From Spirochaetia bacterium (GTDB taxonomy: Bacteria > Spirochaetota > Spirochaetia > SZUA-6 > Bin103), in the NCBI GenBank assembly GCA_965199955.1, contig CBDATQ010000002.1, positions 1,376,001 through 1,440,000 on the forward strand: 64,000 nt of DNA. The letters run 5' to 3'. Each line of letters starts with the position of its first letter. The first letter of the stretch is position 1. Of this stretch, positions 1 to 10,462 are shown piece by piece. Under the pieces are notes generated by a model that saw only the letters and a list, made by a program, of their open reading frames with translations, had not been told where the DNA came from and did no database searches. Made by a program: the position numbers and the translations under genes.

Positions 1-353
1 TCGATCGACAGCAGATCGTCCGACTCGGCGACATGGATGTACGGCCCCGATTCGTCTGCCGCCGGCTCGTCCGCTCGCGGATACTCGACCGAGAGCGCTG
101 CGCCCGGTTCGATCCGCCCGTCGGCCTGCACGTCGACCAACAGCCACTTCACGTGGCGGCCGTCCTTCCGCCACGTCGTCAGGCAGTCGGTCTGGGCGGG
201 AATCGGGCGGCCGTCCGGGCCGGTCACGCGAATTGCCTGCGCCCGCTCGATCGCACCGTCGGCGAAGGGCACCCCGAAGGTGAGCGGCTCGCTGCCGGAG
301 CGCAGCGCCCCTGTCTTGGCCAGGCGGATCTCGATCGGCTTGTGGGTGGTCAC
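1..353 (-). CDS. N-terminus (runs off window) of PcRGLX/YetA-like protein (exo-rhamnogalacturonan lyase-like N-terminal domain)
   Basis: Not in the ORF track. Hand translation from GTG 353 (GGAGG upstream): MTTHKPIEIRL...EPLTFGVPFADG...PIPAQTDCLTTWRKDGRHVKWLLVD. The 'TFGVPF...W.DG.VKWLL.D' pattern fits this family. Confidence 0.7.
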   Translation of the reverse strand, partial: MTTHKPIEIRLAKTGALRSGSEPLTFGVPFADGAIERAQAIRVTGPDGRPIPAQTDCLTTWRKDGRHVKWLLVDVQADGRIEPGAALSVEYPRADEPAADESGPYIHVAESDDLLSI

Positions 354-429
354 TTCTTCAGGCCTCCGACGCGCGTCAACTATAGGCGATCCAGCCCGAC
401 CGGCGCCCGTTCCCGGCGTCCGATACAGG

Positions 430-692
430 TGGCGTGTGACGAGAACGCTTGGCGCCCGCACGGACTGCTCTACACGATCTACGCCAACCGCCGCATGCGC
501 GGGCTCCCCTTCGGGTACCAACGCGAGGACGACGCCGACGCCGCCCAGGGAGCCCCGCAGGGGCCGCCGGACCTGCTGTGCGCATGGGGGTCGAACGAGC
601 TGAAGATCACGTTGAGGAAGCGCCGCGAGGACACCGGGCCGCTGCTGATCACCGGCATCGAAGTCCTGATCAACTACGACGGCGGCGAGTAG
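430..692 (+). pseudogene. C-terminal remnant of an unknown protein
   Basis: Coding-like codon usage ending WGSNELKITLRKRREDTGPLLITGIEVLINY...stop 692; no credible start. Confidence 0.4.
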
Positions 693-700
693 CTGGCACG

Positions 701-967
701 TCAGTCGTACACCTCGTGACGATGGCCGACCTTGACGACGACGATGATGAGCTCGTCTCCGGGGATCTCGTAGACCACCCGGTAGATGCCTACGCGGATC
801 CGAAAGAGAGCGCGACCGGTCAGCTTCTTGCACTCCGGTGGCCGAGGATTTGTCGCGAGTCGATCGATCGCCTGAAGAATGCGCTTGATGGCCGGCTTCG
901 GGATGCCTTGGAGGTCTTTCCTGACCGACGGCAGGAAGCGAATCTCAAATCGTGCCGTCGGCTTCAA
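701..967 (-). CDS. relE: RelE/ParE-family toxin
   Basis: 88 aa with NPRPPECKKLTG...FRIRVGIYRVVYEI...VVKVGHRHEVY; overlaps the end of the antitoxin. Confidence 0.9.
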   Translation of the reverse strand: MKPTARFEIRFLPSVRKDLQGIPKPAIKRILQAIDRLATNPRPPECKKLTGRALFRIRVGIYRVVYEIPGDELIIVVVKVGHRHEVYD

Positions 968-1166
968 GTTGCTTCAGGAACTCCTCATACCCCACCGGGC
1001 GTTCCGATCTGCGTTCATGCCAGTCGGACAGATCTTGCAGGTCCTCCGTCAGGAGGACGCGCAGAGCCTCGTTTACCAACTCGGACATGGACTCTCGCGT
1101 CTCGGCCGATTTCAGCCTCAGGGCTCGGTGAAGATCGTCGTCCAAGTAGACGGTCGCCTTGCTCAC
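945..1166 (-). CDS. CopG/RHH-type antitoxin
   Basis: GTG 1166: MSKATVYLDDDLHRALRLKSAETRESMSELVNEAL... (RHH pattern), directly upstream of the RelE-like toxin. Confidence 0.85.
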   Translation of the reverse strand: MSKATVYLDDDLHRALRLKSAETRESMSELVNEALRVLLTEDLQDLSDWHERRSERPVGYEEFLKQLEADGTI

Positions 1167-1201
1167 TTTGACAGTATGGCGTGTTGATGGCATGACGGCA
1201 A
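1167..1201 (-). promoter_or_regulatory. Putative sigma70 promoter, leaderless type
   Basis: TTGCCG-17 nt-CATACT-6 nt-GTG start; no SD. Confidence 0.6.
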
Positions 1202-1231
1202 AGCGTGCGGACGCCACGCGGTGTCCGGAGA

Positions 1232-1423
1232 CTACAGCTTGAGGTTGTTGCCGCGAATCGGGCGGAAGGGGCGGCGAAGTGCTCGGCCAGCCGGTCGATG
1301 TCGGCAAGGTCCTGGCGCTCCCGTCCCGGATCGTTCGCCAGAGCCTGCATTTTCAAGTCGACGATGTCTTCCGGACGCAGCGTGCGCAACCGCAGGCTTC
1401 CGTCAAACGCGCTCGAAGTCCAT
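1232..1423 (-). pseudogene. Internally deleted nucleotidyltransferase plus C-terminus of a small partner gene (MNT/AbiEii-like pair remnant)
   Basis: ATG 1423 MDFERV joins in another frame to ...LRTLRPEDIVDLKMQALANDPGRERQDLADI, then to RPFRPIRGNNLKL-stop 1232. Confidence 0.55.
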
Positions 1424-1517
1424 CAACGCATCTCCACGCTGCCATGAGCCGGCTCTACACGGCTGCGGCCGGGAGCGAGTAGAGGAATCCCGCCGTTCGC
1501 GCCATCCTGGGCCCGGC

Positions 1518-3113
1518 ATGAGACGACCGAACATCCTGTTTGCCTTCGCCGACGACTGGGGCCGCTACGGGAGCGCGTACGCCGCGCACCACGGCGAGCG
1601 GTCGCTCAGCGCGCTGATCGACACGCCGCATTTCGACCGCGTCGCCGGTGAAGGGGTGCTGTTCACCAACGCGCGGGTGCCGGCGCCGAGCTGCACGCCG
1701 TGCCGGAGCTCGATCCTGTCCGGACGTTACTTCTGGCAGACCGGGCTGGGCGCCATCCTGCAGGGCGCGGTTTGGGACCGTGCCATCCCGTCGTATCCGT
1801 TCCTGCTGCGGGACGCCGGGTACCACATCGGCTTCTCCTACAAGGTCTGGTCGCCGGGCACGCCGCAGGACGATCCCTACGGCGGCACCGGAACCCGCTA
1901 TCAGGACTGCGGGAGGGACTTCGACCAGTTCTCGTTCCGGGCCACCGAGTGGGCCGAGGCCGCTGGTGGGGTGGAGCCGACCAAGCAAAGGCTCTGTGAC
2001 GAGGTTCGGGGCAATTTCCGGAGCTTTCTGGCTGACCGGAAGCCCGATCAGCCGTTCTGCTACTGGTGGGGGCCGACCAACACCCACCGCGAGTGGCAGA
2101 AGGGATCAGGCAAGGCGCTGTGGGGGCTCGACCCCGACGTGCTGACCGGCTGCCTGCCGGCGTTCCTGCCCGACGTGCACGACGTGCGCGAGGACGTCTG
2201 CGACTACCTGGGCGAGTGCATGGCGATGGACCGCGGACTCGGAGTGCTGCTGGGCATGCTGGAGGAGATGGGCGAGCTCGACGACACGCTGGTCGTCGTC
2301 TCCGGCGACCACGGGATCCCGGGCGTGCCGCGCGGGAAGTGCAACCTGTACGACATCGGCTGCGAGGTGGCGCTCGCCGCGCGGCTGCCGGGAACGATCC
2401 CCGGCGGCCGGGTGGCGGACGACATGGTGAACCTCATGGACGTCGCGCCCACGTTCCTGGAGATTGCGGGCGTGGAGCAGCCGGCGGACATGCCCGCCCG
2501 TAGCCTGATGGACGTCCTCGGCTCCAACGGCTCCGGGCAGGTCAGCCCGGAGCGCACGTACGCGGTCACCGGCCGGGAGCGGCACGTGGCGACCGCGCGC
2601 GACCGGAACCTGCCGTATCCGCACCGCGCCATCCGCACGCACGACTTTCTCTACATCAGGAACTTCGCCCCGGACCGCTGGCCGATGGGTGACCCTCGAG
2701 GGCTGGACGATCCTTGCGCGGATGCTCCGCCGCGCGAAGCGTTGGAGCACGACACCCGCGTTGCCTACGCCGACCTGGATGCGAGTCCGACCAAGGCGTG
2801 GATGATCGAGAACCGCGCTGCCGCGGTGGTCCGCGACATCTACGTGCTGGGCTTCGGCAAGCGGCCGGCGGAGGAGCTCTACGACGTGCGCAACGACCCG
2901 GACCACATGCGCAACCTGGCCAGCGATCCGGCGTTCATGGCTCGGAAGCGGGCGCTGGCCGAGCGGCTGGAGGCGGTCCTGCGCGAGCAGGGCGATCCGC
3001 GCATGGATGTGGGGCCGTGCAGGTTCGAGACCGCGCCGTTCACCGACTGGCCGTGCCCGGACGAGGCCGGCGAACAGCGCGCGGCGATGGTGCGAGGAAC
3101 CGCAAGTGCTTGA
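1518..3113 (+). CDS. Cys-type sulfatase
   Basis: PNILFAFADD, TPHFDRVA, CTPCRSS (CxPxR), GDHG, EELYD..DP. Confidence 0.93.
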   Translation: MRRPNILFAFADDWGRYGSAYAAHHGERSLSALIDTPHFDRVAGEGVLFTNARVPAPSCTPCRSSILSGRYFWQTGLGAILQGAVWDRAIPSYPFLLRDAGYHIGFSYKVWSPGTPQDDPYGGTGTRYQDCGRDFDQFSFRATEWAEAAGGVEPTKQRLCDEVRGNFRSFLADRKPDQPFCYWWGPTNTHREWQKGSGKALWGLDPDVLTGCLPAFLPDVHDVREDVCDYLGECMAMDRGLGVLLGMLEEMGELDDTLVVVSGDHGIPGVPRGKCNLYDIGCEVALAARLPGTIPGGRVADDMVNLMDVAPTFLEIAGVEQPADMPARSLMDVLGSNGSGQVSPERTYAVTGRERHVATARDRNLPYPHRAIRTHDFLYIRNFAPDRWPMGDPRGLDDPCADAPPREALEHDTRVAYADLDASPTKAWMIENRAAAVVRDIYVLGFGKRPAEELYDVRNDPDHMRNLASDPAFMARKRALAERLEAVLREQGDPRMDVGPCRFETAPFTDWPCPDEAGEQRAAMVRGTASA

Positions 3114-3164
3114 CGAGCTTGCTCGCAAGCGGAAGATCATCACGGAGCCGACAGGAGGTCATCC

Positions 3165-3928
3165 GTGTCATTGACGCAGGACGAGGTCGAGCGGTTCGAG
3201 GACCAGGGGTTTCTGCCCAGGGAGGGGATGCTGACTTCGCTCGAGGTCAAGGCCCTGCACCAGCGGTTGGAGGACATCGGCAACGGTCTCGTGCCGTTCC
3301 CGGCCGAGTACGTGCAGATCGAGCCGCAGGTCGAGGACAGCCGGCTTCCTGCGGACCCCGTCCGGTTCAACAACGTGCGCAAGATCTGGAACCTCACGCG
3401 GTACGACGAGTTGTTCAGGGAGTACGCCCGCCATCCGGCGATCCTGGACGTCGTGCACGGCCTGATAGGCCCCGATCTGAAGATCTACGTCGACCAGACC
3501 CTGTGCAAGCCGCCCCGCGTCGGCTCAGCCAAGCCGCCGCACCAGGACTCGGCCTACTGGACGAACATCGATCCGCCCAACCTGGTGATCTGCTGGATGG
3601 CGCTCGACGACGCGACAAAGGACAACGGCTGCATGCGCTTCATCCCCGGCTCCCACAAGCTGGGCGTGATCGAGCACAAGCGCCTGGAGGACTTTCGTGT
3701 CGAGGATGTGAACGTGGACTACGCACGCGAGGTGGCGGTCCCGCTCAAGGCGGGCGGCTGCTCGTTCCACCACAGCCTGGCGATGCACCGCACCGACGCC
3801 AACACCAGCCCAGACCGGCGCATCGGCCGACGGTTGCGTATATGAGCGCCCGGTCGCGCTACATCGGACCTGCCCCGCAGCCGGAGTACGACCTGGTCGC
3901 CGGACGCGCCTACGCCGGATGCGTCTGA
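3165..3928 (+). pseudogene. PhyH-family Fe(II)/2OG dioxygenase, frameshifted near the C-terminus
   Basis: AGGAGG SD; PHQDSAYW, WMALDDAT..NGCM..IPGSH, FHHSLAMH. A 1-nt deletion near 3829 moves the tail (TVAYMSARSRY...GCV, stop 3928) to another frame. Confidence 0.8.
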
Positions 3929-3971
3929 CGCGCCGGGCTGACGCGCAGACCGCCGGCGCGGGCGCGCCACG

Positions 3972-4540
3972 ATGCCGCGGCCGCTGACGACGCAGCTCGT
4001 CGGCAGCTACGCGAAGCCATGACCACCCGTGTCGTCGGGGAGATTCGCTGGAAGGAGCCGGTGACCCTCGACGACTTGCGGTTCCTGAAGCGCCACACCC
4101 GACGCCCGGTGAAGATGACGGTCATCGGTCCGCTCACCGCCGCCGTCCGCCTGGCCGACGACTACTACCCGGACGAGGAGACGCTCGGCATGGCCGTGGC
4201 GCGGGCGCTCAACCGGGAGCTGCGCGCCCTGCAGGCCATCGCCGCGTCGAGCACGGACCAGATCTGCCTGGAGTACGAGCAGCCGGGACACGAGCCCGAT
4301 CTGCTACGCGACTGCAGGGACAAGGACGTGATCCTGGGCGTGTTGAATCTGGGCACACATGAGATCGAGTCGGTCGAGCGCATCGCCGGGCGGATTCGCG
4401 ACGTGTTGCATGTGGTGCCGCCGGAACGGCTGCATCTGGCTCCGGACTGCGGCATGTGGTTCCTGCCGCGAGAAGTGGCCTTCGGCAAGCTCCGGGCGAT
4501 GGTGACGGCCGTGGAGATCGTCCGCGGCGAGCTCCGGTAG
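3972..4540 (+). pseudogene. Cobalamin-independent methionine synthase II-family remnant with two internal deletions
   Basis: N-terminus MPRPLTTQLVGSYAKP is out of frame with the middle (KMTVIGPLT) and the C-terminus (LHLAPDCGM...AFGKLRAMV). The IQIDEP and HxC segments are missing. Confidence 0.8.
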
Positions 4541-4552
4541 CGGGAGCTCACA

Positions 4553-5869
4553 TCATGGCGGCTGGGTACTCGGAGCTACCCAGTAGACGTTATTGGTGAC
4601 CAGTTCGCCGGTCCTGATGTAGTCCTGGACGTCTTCGAAGTAGCGCAGGAGGCCCCGAGGGTATCCCGAGGAGCCGTCGAACCAGGTGTAGGCAGGCAAC
4701 TGGCCGGCGGGCACCACGTTTGCGCCCAAGGGCCGCTCGGGCGCCGGATCGTTGACCACGGTGCCGGGCTCCAACTCCGGGAACACCCGGAACCGCTCAT
4801 GGGCGGGGTCCGATACCAGCCACGCGGTCCGGTCACGGGTCGTGTCGCGGTCGCGCGTCGGCTTACCTCCCGGACCTTGGGATCCCGGCTTGAGTTGCAT
4901 GAGCGCGTAAAGGCTGCCGTCGGCCCGCATCCCGAGCCGGCCGGCGACCGGCCGCATGTCCGGCCAGGCCTGCTCCAGCTCGAGGACCTCCCGCCGATTC
5001 CAGCCGCCGCGGCCATGGGTGTGGAGCAATACCTGTCCCGGGCGCTCCTCGCCCGAGATGCACAACATGACGGCCTCGCCATCGCCGGCGACCATCAGCC
5101 CCAGGCAGCTCACTTCCGGGGGCGGCATCGGCTCGTGGCGCCGGCCGATGGTCCGGTAGAGGACATCCATGGCCTCGGGCTGCGCCGGAATCGCCACCGG
5201 CGTGCCGTCCGCCCTCTGCCAGGTCAGGCCGCGGTCGGGGCTCCGCATGTAGCACAGCGCCTGGTGGAGCCCGCGCTGCTCGGTTGTGCCCAGCCCCTCG
5301 TAGAAGTAGCAGACGAAGTGCAGGGCGCCGTCGCGGCCGATTGCCAGGTGGCTGTGGTAGGCCGCGTACCCGTCCAGGTACCGCTCCGTCCTGCGGATCA
5401 GGCGGGCCTGGCGCCGCCAGGGATCGCCCGGCTCCTTGATGAACAGGTCCGCGCCGAAGGGCCGGTCCGGGCGCATCGTCAGGAACAGCGTGTCGTCCCG
5501 GGCGCACACCAGGATGGGGTAGGTGCCGGAGCCTGCCGGCTGCTCGGGCGTCCACTCCGAGGAGTCGTTGACGCCGGCCGAGCAGCGGTAGGTGACCGGC
5601 GTGCCGTGGCCGCTGAGGACGACGTGCAGCCGTCCCTCGTGGTCGACGGTGATGACCGGCCGCGCGTGGTTGTCGACGCCGACGTTGAGGGTCACCGGCT
5701 CCGTCCAGCGGCGGGTGTCGTAGCGGTAGGAGCGCACCCGGTTGAGATAACCCTCCCGGCTGACGTCCTGCCACGCGACGTGGCAGACGCCGGCACGGGT
5801 GACGATGTTGTTGCCGCCGATTGCGCGCTCACTGCCGATCCGAGAGATCCGTTCGACGTCGACCATCAT
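4553..5869 (-). CDS. BNR_4-type beta-propeller (putative glycan-active enzyme)
   Basis: DNHARPVITVDHEGRLHV..SGH, TYP, YMRSPDRGLTW (Asp-box). Confidence 0.75.
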   Translation of the reverse strand: MMVDVERISRIGSERAIGGNNIVTRAGVCHVAWQDVSREGYLNRVRSYRYDTRRWTEPVTLNVGVDNHARPVITVDHEGRLHVVLSGHGTPVTYRCSAGVNDSSEWTPEQPAGSGTYPILVCARDDTLFLTMRPDRPFGADLFIKEPGDPWRRQARLIRRTERYLDGYAAYHSHLAIGRDGALHFVCYFYEGLGTTEQRGLHQALCYMRSPDRGLTWQRADGTPVAIPAQPEAMDVLYRTIGRRHEPMPPPEVSCLGLMVAGDGEAVMLCISGEERPGQVLLHTHGRGGWNRREVLELEQAWPDMRPVAGRLGMRADGSLYALMQLKPGSQGPGGKPTRDRDTTRDRTAWLVSDPAHERFRVFPELEPGTVVNDPAPERPLGANVVPAGQLPAYTWFDGSSGYPRGLLRYFEDVQDYIRTGELVTNNVYWVAPSTQPP

Positions 5870-5934
5870 GGCGTTCCGTTCCATACCGTGACACGCGGGG
5901 GCGGATGTGCCAATCGTATGCATCGAGTGATGCC

Positions 5935-8022
5935 ATGCCGGTAAAGGGTGACCACTCCGACCGGGAGATCCTGCGCTACCGGCGGATCCGCGTGGAACGC
6001 CAGGAAGTCCTGCCCGGTGACACGGCACCCATGCTCTGCGGGCGCGGACCGATCCTGCTCCTCAGCGGGCGCGCCGGATCGCTGGCCCACAGCACCAACG
6101 GCGGCGTGACCTGGGAGCGCCTCGGGTCTCTTCGCGAGCATGCAGGGTCGAATGGGCGCGTCCTGACGCTGGCGGACCTGGCGCCGGATTGCGTCCTGGC
6201 CGCGCTCTACCACCAGGGAGCGATGACCGTCCTGTCGTCGGGCGACTTCGGGGAGACGTGGCAGGCCGAAGGCCGGATCGCATCCGGAGCCGAGGCAGCC
6301 GCCGGTCCGGCGCGCTTCGAGGCGACGCCGGGAGGGTCGCTGTCGTTGTGGATCGGAGCGACGGCATTTCGGTCATCCGACGGCGGGAGCACGTGGACCG
6401 CCGCCGGCGAGACCCCGTCCGGCGGCGGGCTGGATGAGCATGAAGGCGTGCGCGAACGGGGCGGGCGGGTAGCACTGCCGGATGGACGGGTGGTGATGAC
6501 CTACGCCGAGCCCTGCTACCCGTACGGGGCGCGGGCCGTGATCAGCGCGGACGGCGGCGACACCTGGGGTGACGAGGTGTTCGTGCTGGGGCACGCCCGT
6601 GCAGCCACCAACACGGTGCAGCCGCGTCCCTTGCGCTGCCAACCCGGCGCCGGCGCGGTCAGCGTGGCGCTGGAGGACGGGACCATCGTCTCCGCCTACG
6701 ACCGGGGCGCGGCCATTCCGCCCGCCATGGCTCCGATGGACGGCCGCCGCATGGACGAGTCGAGCCACGGGCCGGCCATCGTGGTGGTCCGCTGGACGCC
6801 CGAGGGGTTGCGCCGGCCGCCCCTCGTCTATCCCAACCTGTCGACGGACCGGGTGAACCCTCGCGGCTACCTGGACAACGGACTGGTGCGGATGCGGCCC
6901 GACGACCGGTTCGAAGGCGGCGACTTCATCGAGGACTACGAGATGATCGTGTTCCGGCGGCGGCCCGCCGAGCAGCGGTTCTTCGCCGGCGCCGGCACCA
7001 AGGGCGTGGTCGTCTGCCGCCATCCCGACGGCAGCCTGGTGTTCGCGAGCCGCAGCTCCGCGATCCACCGCTCCACCGACGAGGGACGCACGTGGACGAG
7101 GATCGCCGAGGTCAGGCGGCCGGGAAACCAGGCGACCACGTTCGCCTTCGGGGTCACGGCCCGCGGGACCTTGCTGATGGGATACTCGACGCTGCTGCGG
7201 GCGGCTGACCCGGCGAACGGCGTGCCCAGTGTCCGGCAGACCAACATCGCGCGCAGCGAAGACGGCGGACGGACGTGGACCGCCGGGCCGCTCCAGCCGG
7301 GGCCGATGCGCTACGGCGGCGGGGGAGACGGCAGCCGCATCGCCGAGCTGTCCGACGGTACGGTCGTGATGGGCTGCGGTACCGCGTCGATCGATCCGTC
7401 GCGGCAGGCGGGCTACCGCGGCGACGTGATGCTGCGCTCGCGTGACGACGGCAGGACCTGGGACGATTGGACGGTGTTGCCTCCCGGCAGCACCGAATCG
7501 AACTTCCTGGAGCTGCCATCCGGCGAGTTGCTCTGCGCCACCCGGTATCAGCGCCCCGCGGCGAGCGACGACTACTTTGGCCAGCCGTCCGGCGACGCCG
7601 CACCGGACGGCTGGCCGTTCCCCTCACGCAATCTGTGCGGTGAAGGCAGGTACAAGAACGAGGCGGTCATGTTCTCCGGCGACCGCGGCGACAACTGGAC
7701 CACGCCGGAGCTGGTGACGCGCATACACATGGCTTCGGCGGACGTGGTGCTGTTGCCCGACGGCCGGGTGGTGCTGACGTACGACCACAAGGACGCCTGC
7801 GGCGGCGCGCGGGCGCTCGTGAGCGCCGACGGCGGGCGCACGTGGGAGCCGGACGTCTACATCCTCGCCTATCACACGATCGACGCGCGGACCAGCTCGG
7901 TCGCGCTCTCGGACGGGCGCGTCCTGACGCTGTGGGCCGGAGCCGGCGAGCAGGGCATCCACGCCACGACGTGGTCCCCGGACCCATCCCTTGCGGGAAA
8001 GGCGGGGCTGCTGAGACAGTGA
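5935..8022 (+). CDS. Sialidase-like protein with multiple Asp-boxes and two propeller units
   Basis: Many SxDxGxTW boxes; duplicated LPDGRVV(M/L)TY...GARA..SADGG.TW segments. Confidence 0.8.
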   Translation: MPVKGDHSDREILRYRRIRVERQEVLPGDTAPMLCGRGPILLLSGRAGSLAHSTNGGVTWERLGSLREHAGSNGRVLTLADLAPDCVLAALYHQGAMTVLSSGDFGETWQAEGRIASGAEAAAGPARFEATPGGSLSLWIGATAFRSSDGGSTWTAAGETPSGGGLDEHEGVRERGGRVALPDGRVVMTYAEPCYPYGARAVISADGGDTWGDEVFVLGHARAATNTVQPRPLRCQPGAGAVSVALEDGTIVSAYDRGAAIPPAMAPMDGRRMDESSHGPAIVVVRWTPEGLRRPPLVYPNLSTDRVNPRGYLDNGLVRMRPDDRFEGGDFIEDYEMIVFRRRPAEQRFFAGAGTKGVVVCRHPDGSLVFASRSSAIHRSTDEGRTWTRIAEVRRPGNQATTFAFGVTARGTLLMGYSTLLRAADPANGVPSVRQTNIARSEDGGRTWTAGPLQPGPMRYGGGGDGSRIAELSDGTVVMGCGTASIDPSRQAGYRGDVMLRSRDDGRTWDDWTVLPPGSTESNFLELPSGELLCATRYQRPAASDDYFGQPSGDAAPDGWPFPSRNLCGEGRYKNEAVMFSGDRGDNWTTPELVTRIHMASADVVLLPDGRVVLTYDHKDACGGARALVSADGGRTWEPDVYILAYHTIDARTSSVALSDGRVLTLWAGAGEQGIHATTWSPDPSLAGKAGLLRQ

Positions 8023-8038
8023 GGCGGTGGGAGGACGG

Positions 8039-8821
8039 ATGATGGTGGAAGGGGACTTGCCGGCGCGCTTGGCGGACCTGGAGCGGGACGGCTTCCTGCT
8101 GGTGCCGGGCGCGCTCGATGACGAAGCCGTGGCGTGGTGGAAGGACACGCTCTACGACCTGCACCGCCGCGGCCTGAACGAGATCGACAACTCGGTCGGC
8201 AACGTGGCGTTCGAGAGCCTGCTGAAGCTGGCGCCCGAGCGCTCGCGGCTGCTGGTCGGCCACCCGAGCGTGGCACCGTACCTCCGGGCCATCCTCGGCA
8301 AGCAGTGCCAGCTCCGCTCGCTGCGCGCGCACATGAACCCGCGCGCCTACCTGCAGGAGTGGCACATGGACTTCACCGACTACCAGTACCAGGAGCGCCG
8401 GTCCGAGGCGGGGCGGCCGCTGCGCGCGTTATGCATGAACACCACCTTCTATCTCACCGACAACACGCCGGAGCGCGGGCGGCTGACGTTCCTCACCGGC
8501 TACGTCGACCGCCGGCTCCCCGACGACATCCTGCCGCACGTCCGCTACACCGAGGATCGCGGCAACCGCTTCCAGAAGTGGTGCGACGAACAGCCGCAGG
8601 AGCACCTCTACCCGATGGCGGGCGACGCGGTGGTGTTCTTCAGCCACATACCGCACCAGGGCGCCAAGTTCGGGGACGACCCGGAGGACGACATCCGCGC
8701 CAACCTGGTCCTGCACTACCACCAGAACCCGATGCATCCCGAAGTCCGTTTCGTCAGCACCCCGGACCTGACGCTGGACGCGCTCGGCTACGCAGGCACC
8801 TTCCCGTTCGCGAAATCCTAA
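8039..8821 (+). CDS. PhyH-family Fe(II)/2OG dioxygenase
   Basis: [35 protein letters not shown]. Confidence 0.85.
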   Translation: MMVEGDLPARLADLERDGFLLVPGALDDEAVAWWKDTLYDLHRRGLNEIDNSVGNVAFESLLKLAPERSRLLVGHPSVAPYLRAILGKQCQLRSLRAHMNPRAYLQEWHMDFTDYQYQERRSEAGRPLRALCMNTTFYLTDNTPERGRLTFLTGYVDRRLPDDILPHVRYTEDRGNRFQKWCDEQPQEHLYPMAGDAVVFFSHIPHQGAKFGDDPEDDIRANLVLHYHQNPMHPEVRFVSTPDLTLDALGYAGTFPFAKS

Positions 8822-9540
8822 CCGCCCGGGGGTCGGATGCCGCGCAGGGAGACCTCGTCGTCGACGAGGTGGCATGCCGCGTCGTGTCGCCGATCATCGG
8901 CCAGCGCGACCAGGGAAGGTTTCTCCGTCTGGCAGCGGACCCGAGCGTAGATGCACCGTGGATGAAACGGACATCCCTCCGGCACGTCCGTCGGGTCCGG
9001 AACATCTCCCGGGAGGAGAATCCGCTCCGCCTTGACGTTCGGATTCGGGCGGGTCACGGCGGACAGAAGCGCCTCGGTGTACGGCATGCGAGGGCGGCGA
9101 AACAGCTCGCCGGTTGCGCAGATCTCCACGATCGAGCCCAGGTACATCACCGCTACCCGATCGCTCACGTGCTTGATCACCGCGAGATCGTGGGAGATGA
9201 GGATCAGCGACAGGGAGAACCGGTCCTGAAGATCCTTGAGCAGATTGAGGACCTGAGCCTGAACCGACACGTCGAGAGCCGACGTGGGCTCGTCTGCGAT
9301 CACCAGCTTCGGGCCGAGTGTCAGCGCCCGCGCGATGCCGATGTTGCGGATCAAGACTGACCGCCCCCATGAGCTCGACCACCGGTCGTCGAGATCACGG
9401 CCCCGTGCCAGCCCGTTCACGAGCAGCGGCTCGCCGATGATGTCCCGTATGGTCATCCGCGGGTTGACACCCCGTCGACCGCCTTCACGTATCCGGCCAC
9501 CCGCTTGAATACGCCCGTGCGGAGGAAGTAGTGCGTCGCT
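8818..9540 (-). pseudogene. Oligopeptide ABC ATPase (OppF-like) remnant with internal deletions
   Basis: KAVDGVS jumps to NPRMTI (Walker A lost), and SLDP jumps to IGIARAL (signature lost); [13 protein letters not shown] and GCPFHPRC are retained. Confidence 0.85.
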
Positions 9541-9928
9541 ACGCCGATGAAGCCGATGGAGAGAGAGAGGCGGGATGCGTAGATCATCCGCGACAGCAGA
9601 TCTCTCCCTTGGCGGTCGCTCCCCAACAGGAAGAACGGCTCGTCGGGGTCTCGCACGCCGACGAGGTGGACGCTGGCGGGAATGAGTCCCCACAGCTTGT
9701 AGGGATGGCTGCGAACCAGGACCGCACCGGCACCTTCGTCTCCGTATCGGGCACGTGCGTGCGCAGAAACGTCTTCTGGTCGATGACCGGGGTGAGCCCA
9801 TAGACGAACGGGCGCAGGCTGAATCCCCCTTCCGCGTCGACGAAGCGAACCCTGACGGGCGGGGCAAGGATGTGCTCGGTAAGGCGGTGATAGGGATCGG
9901 ACGGTGCGACGAACTCTGCGAAGACCAC
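9541..9928 (-). pseudogene. Peptide ABC permease (OppC-like) fragment, frameshifted
   Basis: FAEFVAP.DP...RPFVYG...[27 protein letters not shown], fused directly to the ATPase remnant. Confidence 0.8.
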
Positions 9929-10126
9929 GCGCGATGCGATCGCGATCGGCCGTGAGCTCGAACAGTACGGAATCCTCTTCTACGAGGAGCCGGTGTCACC
10001 GGAGAACATCGAGGGCCTGGCTCGCATCGCCCGGGAGGTGAACATCCCGCTCGCCTCGGGGGAACGGGTCGCCAACATCCACAACATGCGCGAGCTGATC
10101 GAACGCGAGATCATCGACTACCAGCC
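9929..10126 (+). pseudogene. Mandelate racemase/galactonate dehydratase internal fragment
   Basis: [25 protein letters not shown]...IPLASGER...IIDYQP. Confidence 0.8.
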
Positions 10127-10290
10127 ATCGCGACGAACGTCCTGGCCGGCCGGTCGTGCGGAAAGTAGCCCGTAGACCTCGTTCACGATCCTGTAGTAGG
10201 CGGCGTTGGTGACGAAGACCTGGCACTTCACCACGCGGTCGAGTGAGGACCCCGCGTGCTCCGGCGTTATGACGCGATTCAGGGTCGCCG
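10118..10290 (-). pseudogene. RidA-family fragment
   Basis: AGSSLDRVVKCQVFV...VNEVYG, then frameshift to YFPHDRPARTFV. Confidence 0.75.
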
Positions 10291-10384
10291 TGGGAGCCAC
10301 AAAGCTCAAGAGCCACCGGCCCAACCACCGGGACGGCCTCTGATCGAGGCCGACCGTAGCCTGCATCCGGGGTAGGGTCCTGCC

Positions 10385-10462
10385 ATGAAGCAGGTGGGAG
10401 TCGACGGCGTGGGCGACATGGGGATCGGCTTCGGGTACGGTACCGGTCACGAGCATCCGTGA
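10385..10462 (+). pseudogene. 25-aa collapsed gene: Rossmann N-terminus of an NAD(P) oxidoreductase fused to a short C-terminus
   Basis: MKQVGVDGVGDMGIGFGYGTGHEHP-stop; TAGGGT-6nt-ATG upstream; TGATG coupling to the next gene. Confidence 0.5.

Noticed and set aside
3820..3845. Programmed frameshift in PhyH (likewise 33938 and 60088)
   Set aside because: No slippery sequence; these look like 1-nt deletions or sequencing errors.
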